From: Marsupella aquatica
Lineage: Eukaryota > Plantae > Marchantiophyta
NCBI GenBank assembly: GCA_973895155.1
Contig: OZ316891.1
Location: 7,681,808-7,745,807, forward strand
Length of the DNA: 64,000 nt
Direction of reading: 5' to 3'
Part shown: positions 24,200-36,731 of the stretch, piece after piece
How positions within the stretch are numbered: the stretch's first letter is position 1
Layout of the letters: each line of letters opens with the position of its first letter
Notes under the pieces: model-generated
Seen by the model: the letters and a program-made list of their open reading frames with translations, nothing else
What the model was told of the DNA's origin: nothing
The model's database searches: none
Program-made: the position numbers and the translations under genes

Positions 24200-25900
24200 C
24201 TCATACCAATGCAAGACAGTACGTCCAGCTGATGCAAGTGAGGTCATCATGGCTTTGAAGGCACAAAACTAGGCCATAGCTGCTACCCCTTGGAGCTGAC
24301 AATCAATGTTGGTCCTAGATCCCTACTTCTATCCTTGACCCTGTACCTCAATGCACCCCCTCCACCACCACCACCAGAGATAGCTTTGGCAAATCCCCTC
24401 ATCAGTAGTGTGATTGGGCTCCCACCGTGTTTCCCAAAACATTTACAAGAGAACATACCTCCCTCCTCCCCATTTCATTTGGCAGCCCCAAACCAGTTTG
24501 CACCTGACTCTGAGCTGTATCATTTGCTCATAACCTTCTCTAAGAGGATTGTGCCCAAGCTTGGTCAGATGGTAGTCCAAGCCTTGCGGGAAGCCGTGGC
24601 ATCGTTCTACAAGAGAGAACTCTTTGTCGCCGTGACATATGACCAAATCCAAGCCAAGATGCATGATCAGGTTGCACAACACAAGGGCAAAGCGTTTGAC
24701 TATGGGCATGCCTTAACAAGGCCTTGATTAAAACAATTGCAATCAAGGCCAAGTTAGCCATAATCCACAACTGCTTGGCCAAACATAAGGCTCAAACTGC
24801 CTTAATGTTATAGGCTGCAACCAAGAAGGATGCAAAGATCGCTTGGCTTTGAGCTTAGGTTGATCGATGCCCTAAATTAAGGCACAAGAGTTAGCCTCGC
24901 AAATTAAAGCAACATCAAGAAGGCTAGTGCTAGGGCTGAGGAAGATGCAGCCAATCTCAACAAAGGCATGGATAGGTGGAGATCATCCAACTCAAGGAAA
25001 TCATGCAAGCTGCACCCCATGCATCAAACGATTGACTCTTACGATTGACCCTCGAGGGTTTCACTTCCACAAAAATGGCACATCACATATGACAAAGGAT
25101 ATGGTAGTTTTATTGGTATTTTTAGAATATTCCAGGAATATTCTACCTTTATAGGGTTTTAAAAAAATTCTTACATTTAAGGGGGTCCAAGGTTTAAAAT
25201 GTTGCAGGTGATGGGGAGGCCTCCATATAATGAGGACCCCAAAAAGGGTTAGCCAAGTCAAGGGCGCCTACCTATAGGCAAACATGGCAAAACAAGAGTT
25301 TGACTCCTTGACCAAAGAGGTTAGGCTATTAAGGATGGAAGTTGATCGCTTAAGAGAAAGGGAGAATGGATGGTGTAGATCTAGAATGGGGGGCTTGAGA
25401 AAGCACGCCAAGCAAAAATGGGCATTGGTTCCTAGTTGCGTGACATAAAGAGTGATAGCTACAATGGGGCATTATCTTATCCGGCTGGCACCACCCTAGC
25501 CTTAGGATTTATTTTGAGAGTGTCATAGTATAGAACACGCCGTTTAGGGCACTAACACTTACTCTGAAGTAAAAATACACTATGGATAGGAAATAGCGTG
25601 CCTTACCTTTTGAGCCATAATCCATGGCTCTTAGTTTAGTACTTAAAAGAAAATCCCAACAGGAGCAGGGGGAGTCTATAATTTCAGACATGGGAAGACA
25701 CATGATGTGCAGGGAGTCCCAACTTGAAAGAATAGAGACCAAGGAGCGGATCCACAACCAAGCTTGCAGGGCAAGTGCGGGGGGAAAGGCTTCAATTGTT
25801 GTAGTGTGGAGTCCATTGTCATTGGACCTATTGGTTACTTTTGATGTCGAATGAACTGTGTGTATATATATGAATCTGATGGGGTTTGAAGTAAAGTCCT
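24200..25900 (+). mobile_element. Highly decayed retroelement accessory ORF with coiled-coil end and 3' flank, related to 1-1431
   Basis: LTKEVRLLRMEVDRLRERE…GLRKHAK (~25310-25410) resembles 440-536. 25805-25910 resembles 890-1010. Confidence 0.45.
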
Positions 25901-25902
25901 TT

Positions 25903-26860
25903 CCAGTTGTGAAACTCGACTTCCTTAACACTTAGCTCCAATGTTGTTGACTCCAATGCCAAGCTCCTATATCAATGGCCTAAGCCTCCAAAACAGCCAT
26001 CCGGAGGGGACTAAGTATGGGAGACTAGTGGGCAACGAGGCGTTGCACTAGCAAGGGCAAGACGCTAAGCTGGTGGTGCACACTAAGGACTTAGACTAGC
26101 TTGGAGCTGGTCGGGTCATGGGAAGGGTTGGGCTTAGGGTGGGCTGTCCGGTCCCCCAGACGGACTTTGAGTTCTAAGGGCTTGAGGGCTTGAGTGAGAG
26201 CTCTGCTTGGGTCCAAGGTTGAAGAAGTCTACTTCATGTGCAACGTACGTTTGGCACATGAGATAAATAATGCGCAGCCCCGATGTGGCCGTCTAGGACC
26301 CCCGATTGACGTCCGTCGACCTAGTGTTCATGCCAAGGCCTTGAGAACCTAGGCATGCACACTGGGTTGGCCCAATCACAACGGGCTAAGGCACTCCACT
26401 TACGGACATCTAGTTAGAAATTTATGCCTGGGCACAACAAGTTAATTGCATGCCCATGCGTGTAGGTTGGAGTCCAGGTTGAGGGCCAAATATAGAGGGC
26501 CAAAGCCTGTTTGGGGTGATATGTCTCTAGAAGCATATATGAGGGGGTGGTGTCTTCCCGGGGGCAAAGGGCAAGCCCAAATAGTGTGTTGCAGCGATCG
26601 TGACACTAAGAGGAAGTGCCAAACGGAAACAACAATAACTTCTTGGAGGACTTCTTGGATGCGTTGGAAAGATCTTGAGGAGGACTACATCCCCTTGAGC
26701 TCAACTGGGTTTGGGGTACCATGGATTCTTGGGGTTTGCGGGGCTATCTCACCCGCTTGCCAAATCCTGCCAAAACAACAGCCAAGTTGCGTTCAGTTTT
26801 CCATGGGAGCTTGCGATGGGGAGGCAAAGTAGAGTAGGCATGGAGGTTGAGTTTGGATTT
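25903..26860 (+). repeat. Right arm of the inverted repeat (partner at 22225-23090)
   Basis: Colinear reverse-complement similarity with indels. Confidence 0.9.
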
Positions 26861-27699
26861 AGAGTTGTGGCATGATAAGCTTGGTTGGACAGGTCACCCC
26901 TACTAGGTAACGCCAAGTCACCCCAACTAGGTGCCCTACAAGTCATCCCCCCAAATTCACACATAATAAAGCAGCTTAACAAAGTTGCACCCAATGCAAC
27001 ATGGGGTGATGCACAAAACTAAGAATCCAGGCTGGTTGTGGCATTGGCATGGGTCGAGCCACTCACCAATAAAAAGTGGATTGGTTCAAAGGGCTCCCTT
27101 CCATTAACCCTCAAACCAGGTTGACGGTCCCTGCACTCATATCTCCCAAAACATCCGAGGTAATCTCAGTCTCAAGTTTTAGAGTCGGGAGTGGATGATC
27201 CGTTCCTCCAGGTGAGGGTCCTGGAATAGGGCCCTAATAGGGCGTCTCAAACCTTGAGGTTTGCGGAAAAAGACTTGGCAGAGACTACGAGTTTTGGTCA
27301 CTGGCCAGGAGTGTGCGGACACACATTTGTCGTGGACAGCTACCCGGGGAAGAAAGCACAGATTTGAGGTGCCCTAATAATAACAAGCCTTTCACTAAAC
27401 GTTTTTTCAAAACCCAACTAGAAAGGAATATTTATTTGAAATCACAAAAGTAATTATTAAGGCCTGTCCCGTTGCATTATTCTGACCGATGAATGACACC
27501 GCGGTCAGTACTACAGTACCAAAAGTTGCAGGACCCTCGTCCCGTACGAGAAACACGAAGGGTCCTGTTTTGGTCCTCCCACCCCGTCCCAGATTTTGGA
27601 TTGCACCCCTCCCTCCCGCCCACGGGAGTTTTGACCCTCCCGGGCACAGTAATAATTCTACTAATAACTAGATAACCTTTTTACCCCCGTTCAGCTTTT

Positions 27700-27707
27700 C
27701 CGCCAAA
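27700..27707 (-). promoter_or_regulatory. E2F consensus site (TTTGGCGG) upstream of the MBD transcription unit
   Basis: CCGCCAAA on + equals TTTGGCGG, which matches TTTSSCGS. A TGGCGCGCCA core also occurs at 27871-27880. This is a motif match only. Confidence 0.4.
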
Positions 27708-27832
27708 TCCTCGTTCGTCTTCCATTTTTTTGCCCCTTTCTTTGTTTGTCTCTTTCTTTTCCTGGTGTCTCGGTTTTCTCTCGAGAGAAGTTGAAGTCGG
27801 TGTTGGAGTTGCGTTCTCTCTCTTGCTCCTTC

Positions 27833-27902
27833 ACTCGCTCGCTCGCTTGCTCGCTCGCTTGCTCGCTCGCTGGCGCGCCACGCACGCACGCACGCACGCA
27901 CG
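27833..27902. repeat. (GCTC)n/(GCAC)n microsatellite in the MBD promoter or leader
   Basis: Directly visible. Confidence 0.9.
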
Positions 27903-28345
27903 AGCTATTACCGTATTATTGTGGTCGCGTTCTTCGTTCGCGTGGGGTCCGATCTCCCATTACGGTTTTTGGTGATCTTCCAACTCTTTTTCTCCCACTC
28001 TTTGGGCCGCAATTGACCGTGCATCGAGGAGTTTGAGGCGCACGCTCGGTCGCAGGGAGGAAGGGAGGAAGGGAGGAAGGCAGACAGGCCTTTCCCGTCA
28101 GGAGGGAGACATTTAGTTTACGTTCGGGCAAGCGCTAGTTCGTCCTTTTGTGCTGTTAGGCACTCTCGTCGTTGCTGGTTGGAGTGCGGACGCTTTTCGG
28201 TCAAGTGGGAGAAGAGACGGACATGCCTCCGGTGTAGAGTGTAGGCGAGGGAGGAGGAACGAAGGAGAGGGAGGAGAGCAAAAGTGGATTATCTTGTCGG
28301 AAATTGGCTCGGCGGCAATTGCTCGAGGTGTACAAGCTGGGGTGT

Positions 28346-30984
28346 ATGGCTAGTCCGGAGGTTGTGGAGTCCTCCGGGGGTCTGGTGCCCGGAGGGTCCA
28401 GCGAAGAGCTTTTTGCTATAGAAGGCTGGAAAAAAAAGGTGCACGTAATTTCTTGTCTATTGATTTTCTCTCCGTCTCTCCGTCTGTCTCCTCCTCTGTG
28501 TGACTCACGCGCTCGCTTCTTGGCTTCGTCTCGTACTGCTGGAGCTGGTTGCCGGTTGGGATAATTGCATTTACGAACAATTTGAAGTGCTGTATACTAT
28601 TTTTAGCTGCGGTGTTGTGGAAGGGTGTGTTTATTCGTGAGGAAACCAAATTTGGTTCGGGTTGTTACTTTTTCCTGGTCACTTTTGCTGAGTTAGGGAC
28701 TTGTAAACGAGGGAAGTACCAGCTGGCAATGAGGACTGCTTGCCATGGCGCAGTATGAAAGACTCTTCAATTGTGTCCAAATTTGAGGATAACCGCGCTG
28801 ATCAATGTACAACTTTTGGTCAGAGTCATACTAAGAACCATGGCAACCAGTCTGTCACTGTCTTCCCTATTGAGCTGAAGCGGTCTTGCATGTGTTATGT
28901 ATAAATGACATCGGGAAGACACTGTTCCTCTGCCTTTCGGGTATCTTGGTCATCCTTCAATTTTAAATATTTGGAAAAACATGGTTCTTTATTTATTCGA
29001 CGGTTGGGCGGTCTGTTATGGGACGCTTCTCGGTAGTTGAGAATGGATTTGCTAAGCTTGTCCGCGCATGGTAACGATAGGCGTGGTTTTGCGGTTGGAA
29101 TATTTTTCCTCGCAATTGCCTCAGTAAGTAAATGTTCTTGAAGTCTTCGTGCCTCGAAGCACATCAATGCATATGGAATGCAGGCTCTTTTCCGGGTTGT
29201 ACCATACTCTCTAGCCGAGGACAACAGTCAGTAATTTCTTTGCTATAACTCACCTGAACTAGGAAAAATTTCCGCTCCAGAATATAGCGAAGTACTTGCA
29301 GAGTGAGTTTTTCCGATTGCCACACGCCATTGGGAAGCACGTAGTTTCGGTAGAAGTCCGGGCAACTTCGTTTGGAGCCAACTGCAAAGCAGTTGTGGGC
29401 GGAGATGGGCTTATTTTTCCATGATTTGTGACAGAGTATACAAATGCTATGGTGATAGCCAGAGAGCCTCGTCGCGGGCACACTGTGCTGCTCGAGGCTG
29501 TCGAACCGGTATCACACCCTGGTCCTCCTTGCGCAGTAGCAATGGGTTGCCAGTGGGAGTTGACTCACCGTAGCGATGAGTACTGTGTGCTTCCCGCGGG
29601 AGAAGCGTCGAGTGTCTTTCCTTCATATTTGGTCCTGATTATCAGTATTTTGTAAACCCCAGGAGAGCTTTGCCAGAAACTTAGCCTTCTTGAGTTCGCC
29701 GCTGGCAAAGTCGCATGCAAAGAAAGAAGATGCATCAACGTGGCCAAGTCCTGTAAATGTTTTGCAGTCATATCCCGCGGCTGGTCTCGTGAGGGAGTGA
29801 CAGCAATTCTCCTCGTTTTTTGGTGAGGCAGTTACTTCCGCTGAATAGTTGCTTTTATTGTGCTCAGCTGATGTTGAAGAAGGGAGGAACTCCGAAGAAG
29901 AAGGACGTCGTCTACGTTGCCCCCGATGGAGAGGAAATCAGGAACAAGCGGCAACTAGAAAAATATCTCAAGAACCATCCCGGTGGCCCGTCTCTGGCTG
30001 ACTTTGATTGGAGTACGGGTAAGTTTCAAAGATGCTCTGACAACATGATAGTGCGTTTGAACACCGTGCGCAACCGTGTGGAAACCGGGACATTTCTGGG
30101 GCCTTGAGGATGTGCTGGTCAACCTGGGTACGTGTTTCCATTTTCTGGTTTCTTTTCATGCTCGTTCTGCACCGGACTAAAATTGCCAAGATTTCTCAAC
30201 CGTAGGTGAAACTCCAAGGAGATCGGCGAGGTTGAGCAGTAAGGGAAGGTTGTCAAGTGACAGTGCGGAAGCAGAGCCAGCTGTCAAGCGGTCGAAATTG
30301 GACGAGGACGAGGAAGAAGAAGAAGACACTGTTATCGTCGTGTCACCAAGAAAGTCTTTCAAAAAGAAAACAGCACCTGCGGTCGGTGGTACCGGGAAGG
30401 ATGAGGTCATGGAAGAAATCGAGAAGGGACTGGAGGGAGACCTCATTTCTGCCGATGATCCTGAGGCGAAGGTGGCGAATGATAAAGGAGCTGCAGGCGT
30501 TGACGAGACGCTGCTGAACAACAATACGGATGGGAAACATGGGGAGGGGATAGCCCCCGCGATTGAAGAGGTCAACCCAGAGCATTCTGCAGATCAGGTA
30601 AAAGCGGGGGAGCAAGCTTTGAAGATTGAAGAACCCTTCACTGTCACAGATGTTGTCATGGGAGAAGTGACTGTGATAGAAGCAGTGCCAGGGGTAGGAG
30701 AAGTTGTGATACCGCAACAGCCAACAGCAACTTCGGTTGAATTGCCTGCTGTCGAAGAAGTTCTTAAGCCCACAGAGGGAGAGACATCGTTAAAGCCAGA
30801 CGAGGAGGTGAAGAATGAAGTGAGTCAGGGCGTTCTTGATGTCCCGACCACAGAGCAGTTGGACGGGACGAATGACGAGCCTCTCAAACCAAAGGACCAT
30901 ACTGAATCGCAAGGCCTCCATGCTTTCATTGAACAGACTGAGCATCCCCTCCCTGCTGCAGAACGGGTTGGCGTGAGCACCTAG
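28346..30984 (+). CDS. MBD: Methyl-CpG-binding domain protein, MBD10/MBD11-like, 3 exons (28346-28438, 29868-30018, 30206-30984), ~340 aa
   Basis: Spliced GT-AG model reads …IEGWKKK|[50 protein letters not shown]|[10 protein letters not shown], the MBD10/11 signature, followed by an acidic tail. Exon phases are consistent. Confidence 0.93.
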
Positions 30985-31933
30985 TGGTTCTTACATAAAG
31001 TCACTGTTCGGTGACGCGCTGAAAGCGCAATTGTTCTGGCTTGAGGTTAGGATGTTTTTACTACGCCTTCTCAAGATTGTAAGCTGGGAGCGATGATATG
31101 TGTGAAAGCAGACACCTTCAACCCTGGTGCCAAAGCGGGGAATGGAATCATGATTCAGCATACTCCTGGTCAAACATTGCTGGATCAACTTGTAACATGT
31201 CCGACATGGCCCTCGGACTTGTAGAGCTAGACATCTGAAACTGTTTATTATTAGGATTAGGATACCATCAGCGTTGGGCTTGGAAGGATTGTTAGAAAAT
31301 TTGGGGACATGGAATCCAACAGGATGGTGCGTTACTCGACAGGTTGGCAAACATTTTTGTTTGTCCCTGATTTGGAGTCACCGTAAATTTGTTTACAAAC
31401 ATGAAATCCTTAATGACACTTCTTTCTGTTTTATGTGTGATTGTGACAAGTACTCTTCCTTGACATCTCATCATGCCAGAACCAGACACAATGCTGTTTC
31501 GGATTATTAACTGATCTGGGCAAGTATTTAACCTCATGAGTCAAATTTTTAATACTGAACGACGTCAATTGCAATTCTACCTCTTTGATCATTGCAAGTC
31601 AATTGAGGTTGATACCGATTGGAGTGGATTACACTATCTCAAAGCCTGCGTATTTAGGTGCATGGTCCTCATGAATACCATCCATACTCACAAGTGTCGG
31701 ACCTAGTTTCCTCTACCTCAAGGCCAGGTATAACTCTTGATTGATGACAAGCCCAAGAGATTGAATCCAATCTCTGGCTGGTTGAGAGATGATGGTTTAG
31801 ACGGGCAAGCATGCGGAACGCAAATCTCGTGAGATTGTCCATTCTGCTCCGATTTTTTGGTTGCTTGTTAAGGATTGTTTTGAAATGGATCAGGATTGAG
31901 TATTGTGGCCTGATTAAGAATATAACGCCGTCA

Positions 31934-34900
31934 ATGAAGGAACGGCGAGGACGTCGCAGACACAAAAGCAGACATTCAAAAAAGGTTGAAGAATCCAACA
32001 GTATTCGCAGAGAAGACTTATCTGGCATGGACATCTCTACGAGCAAGGTTACGCAAGAATTTTGGGACCCAACTGGTGATTCCTTCTCCTTAGGCTCTCC
32101 GAAACTTGAAGGCAGTTCTGGATCCTGTATGCTGAAAGTCTTGTTTAATCGGCTACAGGTGTTGAATGTTTCCCTTAGTTTAGCACCACGGAGAAGTTTG
32201 CCCCCATCTTTTGAAGGACTAGGAATTTCAGTCAGTTGTCCTCAAAGGTTCTGATAAGTCTCGTCGGTGCCTCAAATGCAGTATTTTATGTTGAATATCA
32301 GCTGATTCAAGCACCTTGCTCCAAATGCCTTATAGAGACTGTCTTTGTCCTCGTAAGATACTATCTGTTCTGGTTTCCCTTCCAAGCTCATGTGTTGTTG
32401 GCTGGCAGATTCATCACATGTACAAGCGGTGAAGAAAGCTTTACACTTGTCAGAAGTACCAGATATCATTTTATGTAGGGATGAAGAGCAGGCTAAGGTG
32501 ATCGATTTTTGCAAGGCCTGCATTATGGAACAACGAGCAGGAAGTATATACATCTGTGGTTGCCCTGGAACTGGGAAGTCTGTGACTGTTGAGAAAGTCA
32601 AGTTACTCTGTGCCAAATGGAGCAAGCAGGTGGGGATGGAATTCGAATGCTCAAGTATGCTTTGGACATGTGGCTAATTTGCAGACAATGGATAACCCAG
32701 AGCACCCAGTTCTTTCGACAAATTTGAATCAATTGTCTAACTTATTTTAGTGTTATACGAACGAGTTTCAATTGTTGATTCTCTCCGTTGATGTTTTGCA
32801 AGGCTGGCACGATGCATCCGGAGATGGTTTCCATCAACTGCACTTCTCTGACCGATCCGAAACAGATTTATTTAAGAGTAAGTTGCTACAGGCAGGTTAT
32901 CTTCATTACCCAAAGGATAGCTGATGTCTCCCAGTGCAAGTTTTACAATGTCGAGTTTTGGACTTTCCATGAGCTTGCTCCATGACTTGCATGACAGGCT
33001 CCATTGTTATGCTGCAGGTCTTACAAGCATTCAAACCTAGTCGTATGAACGAGGAATCCCGTAATAGTAAAGATGTTGTCATGCAGGAGCTTAAACATAT
33101 GATGTGTTATTCTACTCTTTCAAATCCATGTCCTAAAAGAATGCTGTGAGTGCTTGGGAACAATTTTTATGTTGAGCTTTTGAGGAGTAACTTGCTGATG
33201 CAAAAGTCATTGAAGCTTCTGTTCGTGCATGGAGGATTTCTTTGCGATTTTTAGAAATGCTTCCCGGTAAATAACAAATATTTGACCACGAGGTGCTGGT
33301 CATCTGTCTATGAGAGTACTTTTGCTGTAATGGAAGTTTGTCCAGTTCAGTTCCAACGGAATCTTTCTCTAGCTACTCATGAATGTTTCTGCACAGGCTT
33401 TTGATTCTGGATGAGATGGATTACCTCATTACTCGAGATCAGTCAGTTCTGTATGATTTGTTCCGGCTTCCCATCTTATCTAATTCACGATTAATTTTAA
33501 TTGGTATTTTCGCACCTCCTTACTGGCTGAGTTAATTTCTGCCCTTACATATTCGGTTTGTTTCCTTTTGAGTAGGAGGCCGTCTTTTGATAGGGCTGTC
33601 CTTGATTTTCTTGTCATGCCTTGAAATGCTGAGCAGCTAGAGTATACCTGCCAGGTTGCCTTCATACGGCAACCTTGATTTCTATGTCAATTGAGTTCAA
33701 ATTTTCACTTTCATCTGAAATGTCAACAATTACAGGTATTGCGAATGCAATCGACCTAACTGATCGTTTACTGCCAAAACTTCGATCAATGAATTGTGAG
33801 TGGTCATCTGGAACCTTTGTGTATACATGATTGTGCTGTCTTAAAAAGCAATCCTTGTCCTCTGCGTGTGGTGTTTCGATTTTAACCAGACCCTCCATGA
33901 ACCGAGGGAAACTTGTCATCAAATTGCTCGTTATATCATGTGCTGAAATCTTTTCAGCTATCATGGTGATTAGTGTGGGAGCCATGCATTCATATTGTAA
34001 ATTGATTCTCCTCCGTTGTTGGCCTCTTCGGTCGATCTGTCTCTCTTTTTGAGAGATTTAAATGTAATTATCAGACCTCACATGCACGCTTGGTACGCTG
34101 ATGGTAAAGGGCGCTGATTTATTCTCGCTATGGCTTATTGTCTCAAAGGCAAGGTGGATGCAATAACCTTCCCAACATATACCAAGGATCAGATATTGTC
34201 TGTTCTGCAACAACGACTAAAGGTTGTATCCCATACTATCTATGGTCTAAGGCTATCAGATTCTCATAATCTCGGTTCTCTTTGTTGAACCTAATTAAAC
34301 TCTCCCAGTTTAATTATTCTTAAGCAGAGGCAGGTACTGCATTTAATACTAGATAAAATGTTACCGTGAACCATACAATCTTTGTATAACCTTGCAAGAT
34401 CACGATCAGTAGAGTCTTTCAGTCTTGTACTATCAGTGCAACCTTGCCTGATATCGATTCCCTTGGGGATGAGTACGATTAGCCGGAGGGTTATTCTGAA
34501 TCTCGTTGCTTGACAAATGTCTTGGTGCCAGGGACTCCGCTATTCTGTCTTTCAACCTGCTGCTTTGGAACTTTGTGCTCGAGTAAGACTCTTGTTGAAC
34601 TGATGAATGCTTTTCCGGTCAAATAATGTCATTCGATCACAAAGCTATTTTGTAAGGACATGCTTGAAGCATCCGTTTCAAGTACCTTCTAGAGTTTCGA
34701 TGAAAGGGGAGGGATTGGATATCGATTCCTGAGTGGGTTTTGTCAGGAGTTTCGTCGGAAACGTGGGGTATTTTCAACTTCATCAGATCACAAACGGAAT
34801 CAAGAATAGACTTATATCTGAATTTCCTTTTATGCGTCGCAGAAAGTGGCTGCTGCAACAGGTGACATGCGGAAGGCTCTTCATGTCTGCAGGTAGACAA

Positions 34901-36731
34901 CGTACACTCATTTGAAGATTGGGAACTGTCTCCTCTCTTGATCCTGGCTATAGTGTTGTGGCTCCTTGTCCAGAGGGATGGGAACTGGTGAATTTTAGTA
35001 TCAACTTTTAAGGCCAACTCATTTCTGAATTTTGCTGAGGGGGAATGGGAACTCTAAATTGTAGTATCAGTCCTTGGCATCTCATTTCTGAACTTTGCTG
35101 TAGATTCAAACTTCCCAGTATAAATCCAGTGATGGGTGTGTTAGCTTCAAAATATTACTCCAGTACTTCAGACAGACAGCTACATTGGTAGGAACTGAAG
35201 TTGTCTAACCAAAACAGCTAAGTGATTACAAGGCATGTACGCAGGAGCGCTGTGGATCTTGTTGAGGCTGAGGCTGATGCCGCAAAATCCGAGGATGAAC
35301 TAGAGCAAGACATGGAAGCAAGTGCCATCGGAGTAGCACGGCAGAGTATTGTTGTCAGTTCAGATGCCAAAAGGACAGAGATTTCTAAAAAAGAGGCGGC
35401 CCTAGTGAGTATCATCTCCATTTTAACCTCGAAGATTTTAGGTCTCCCTTAGAACTAACTGTACATACTCAAGTTTAGAGCAGTAATAATGCTGTCGACG
35501 TTCGATGGACAGGTACAAATTGATGTAATGGCAAAGATTTTGTCACGGACCTTTCGCTCACCTGTTGTGGAGACAATTCAATCATTGCCCAGGCATCAAC
35601 AGGTATCATCAATAAGCATCGGCGAAACGACTTATAGATTCGATTGGTAGTATGCATATTGTGAATGCTCGATTCGATGTTAAGCTGATTGGATTCTACT
35701 TGTTTGATATTTTGTTGTCGGCAAATAATCTCCCGTAGCAAGATTTGTGGATGGAAATGGGCACATGATTTAGAGGAAGAATGGGAAGGGTTGTTATTAC
35801 TTCTGTCGTTTCAACCTTATCCACGGGCCCGGGTTTGAAATTATGTTATGATCAATGTGGATTTTTAGATGGTATTATGTGCAGCTGTGCGTAACTTTCG
35901 TCGCGCGAAAAAGGACTGTAGTGTTGGAGAGGTGAGCTCTCCTACCTGTATATAGATAGAACGGTAGTCCAGCGCAATCATGAAGTGTTTTTTAATCCTT
36001 TTTTACTAATTTTGGCTGCCTTTCACCTCTAATGGGTAGGTTTACTTGTGGTGCAATTCCTGTTTCACAGCTCAACACAGCCTATTTGGAGTTCTGCAAG
36101 GTAACTGGGATGCAGCCTCTTGCACCACCAGAATTTTCAAGTGTCTGTCAGGTTCTCGCTGATCAGGTGCACTCTCTTACGCAGTGTTGATTCCATAGAA
36201 ATGAAATCGAGAAACCGAGAACAATGCCAGCATTTGTCAGATTACATCTTTCTCTGATAGGATTCCTGCCAGCAAAGATGTGGGATTGTCCGGTCAAGGA
36301 TGGAAAGGTCCTAACTCTGGAATGTTGGTCTGTCTTAATCAGGCTTTGCTAAGTTTAGGAATTAGTAGAGAGGATCGCTTGCGGAGAGTAACCCTCAAAG
36401 TAGATCAGGAGGATGTAATCTTTGCACTGCAGGTAAAACTTCTCTGGTCAAGTTCCTGTTTGTCTCTAATCTCAGGTCTCTGCTGGAGTCAAGTTGTGCT
36501 TTATCTTCCCAGTCCGCCACATTCAAACTTGTCATTTTGCGGATTCTTTTTAATTAACACAAAGGAGTTAGAACGTCTTAACGAAGTTAGCTGAGTTATG
36601 GTTGAAGAGTTATGGTTGAAGACTGTGTAGGTCTAACCCTTTCTTTCAAGGTCAAAGCTGAGATTTGGAATACTATCTGTCTGTCCTGGTATATCATGCA
36701 GGGTTTTCGATTTTTTAGGACCTGCCTATAA
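31934..36731 (+). CDS. CDC6: Cell division control protein 6 (AAA+ replication licensing factor), ~15 exons
   Basis: Motifs WDPTD, Walker A GCPGTGKS, INCTSL, Walker B ILDEMDYL, IGIANAIDLTDRLLPKL, KVAAATGDMRKALHVCR and winged-helix C-terminus (FSSVCQVLADQ…FALQGFRFFRTCL*). Exons approx. 31934-32075, 32409-32629, 32803-32877, 33018-33145, 33398-33502, 33736-33795, 34149-34222, 34532-34582, 34842-34891, 35245-35404, 35513-35602, 35870-35931, 36071-36166, 36343-36432, 36702-36731. The start codon is uncertain (in-frame ATG also at 31811). Confidence 0.95.

Noticed and set aside
27668-28036. ORFs with ASERASER / ARTHARTH repeats
   Set aside because: Translations of tetranucleotide microsatellites.
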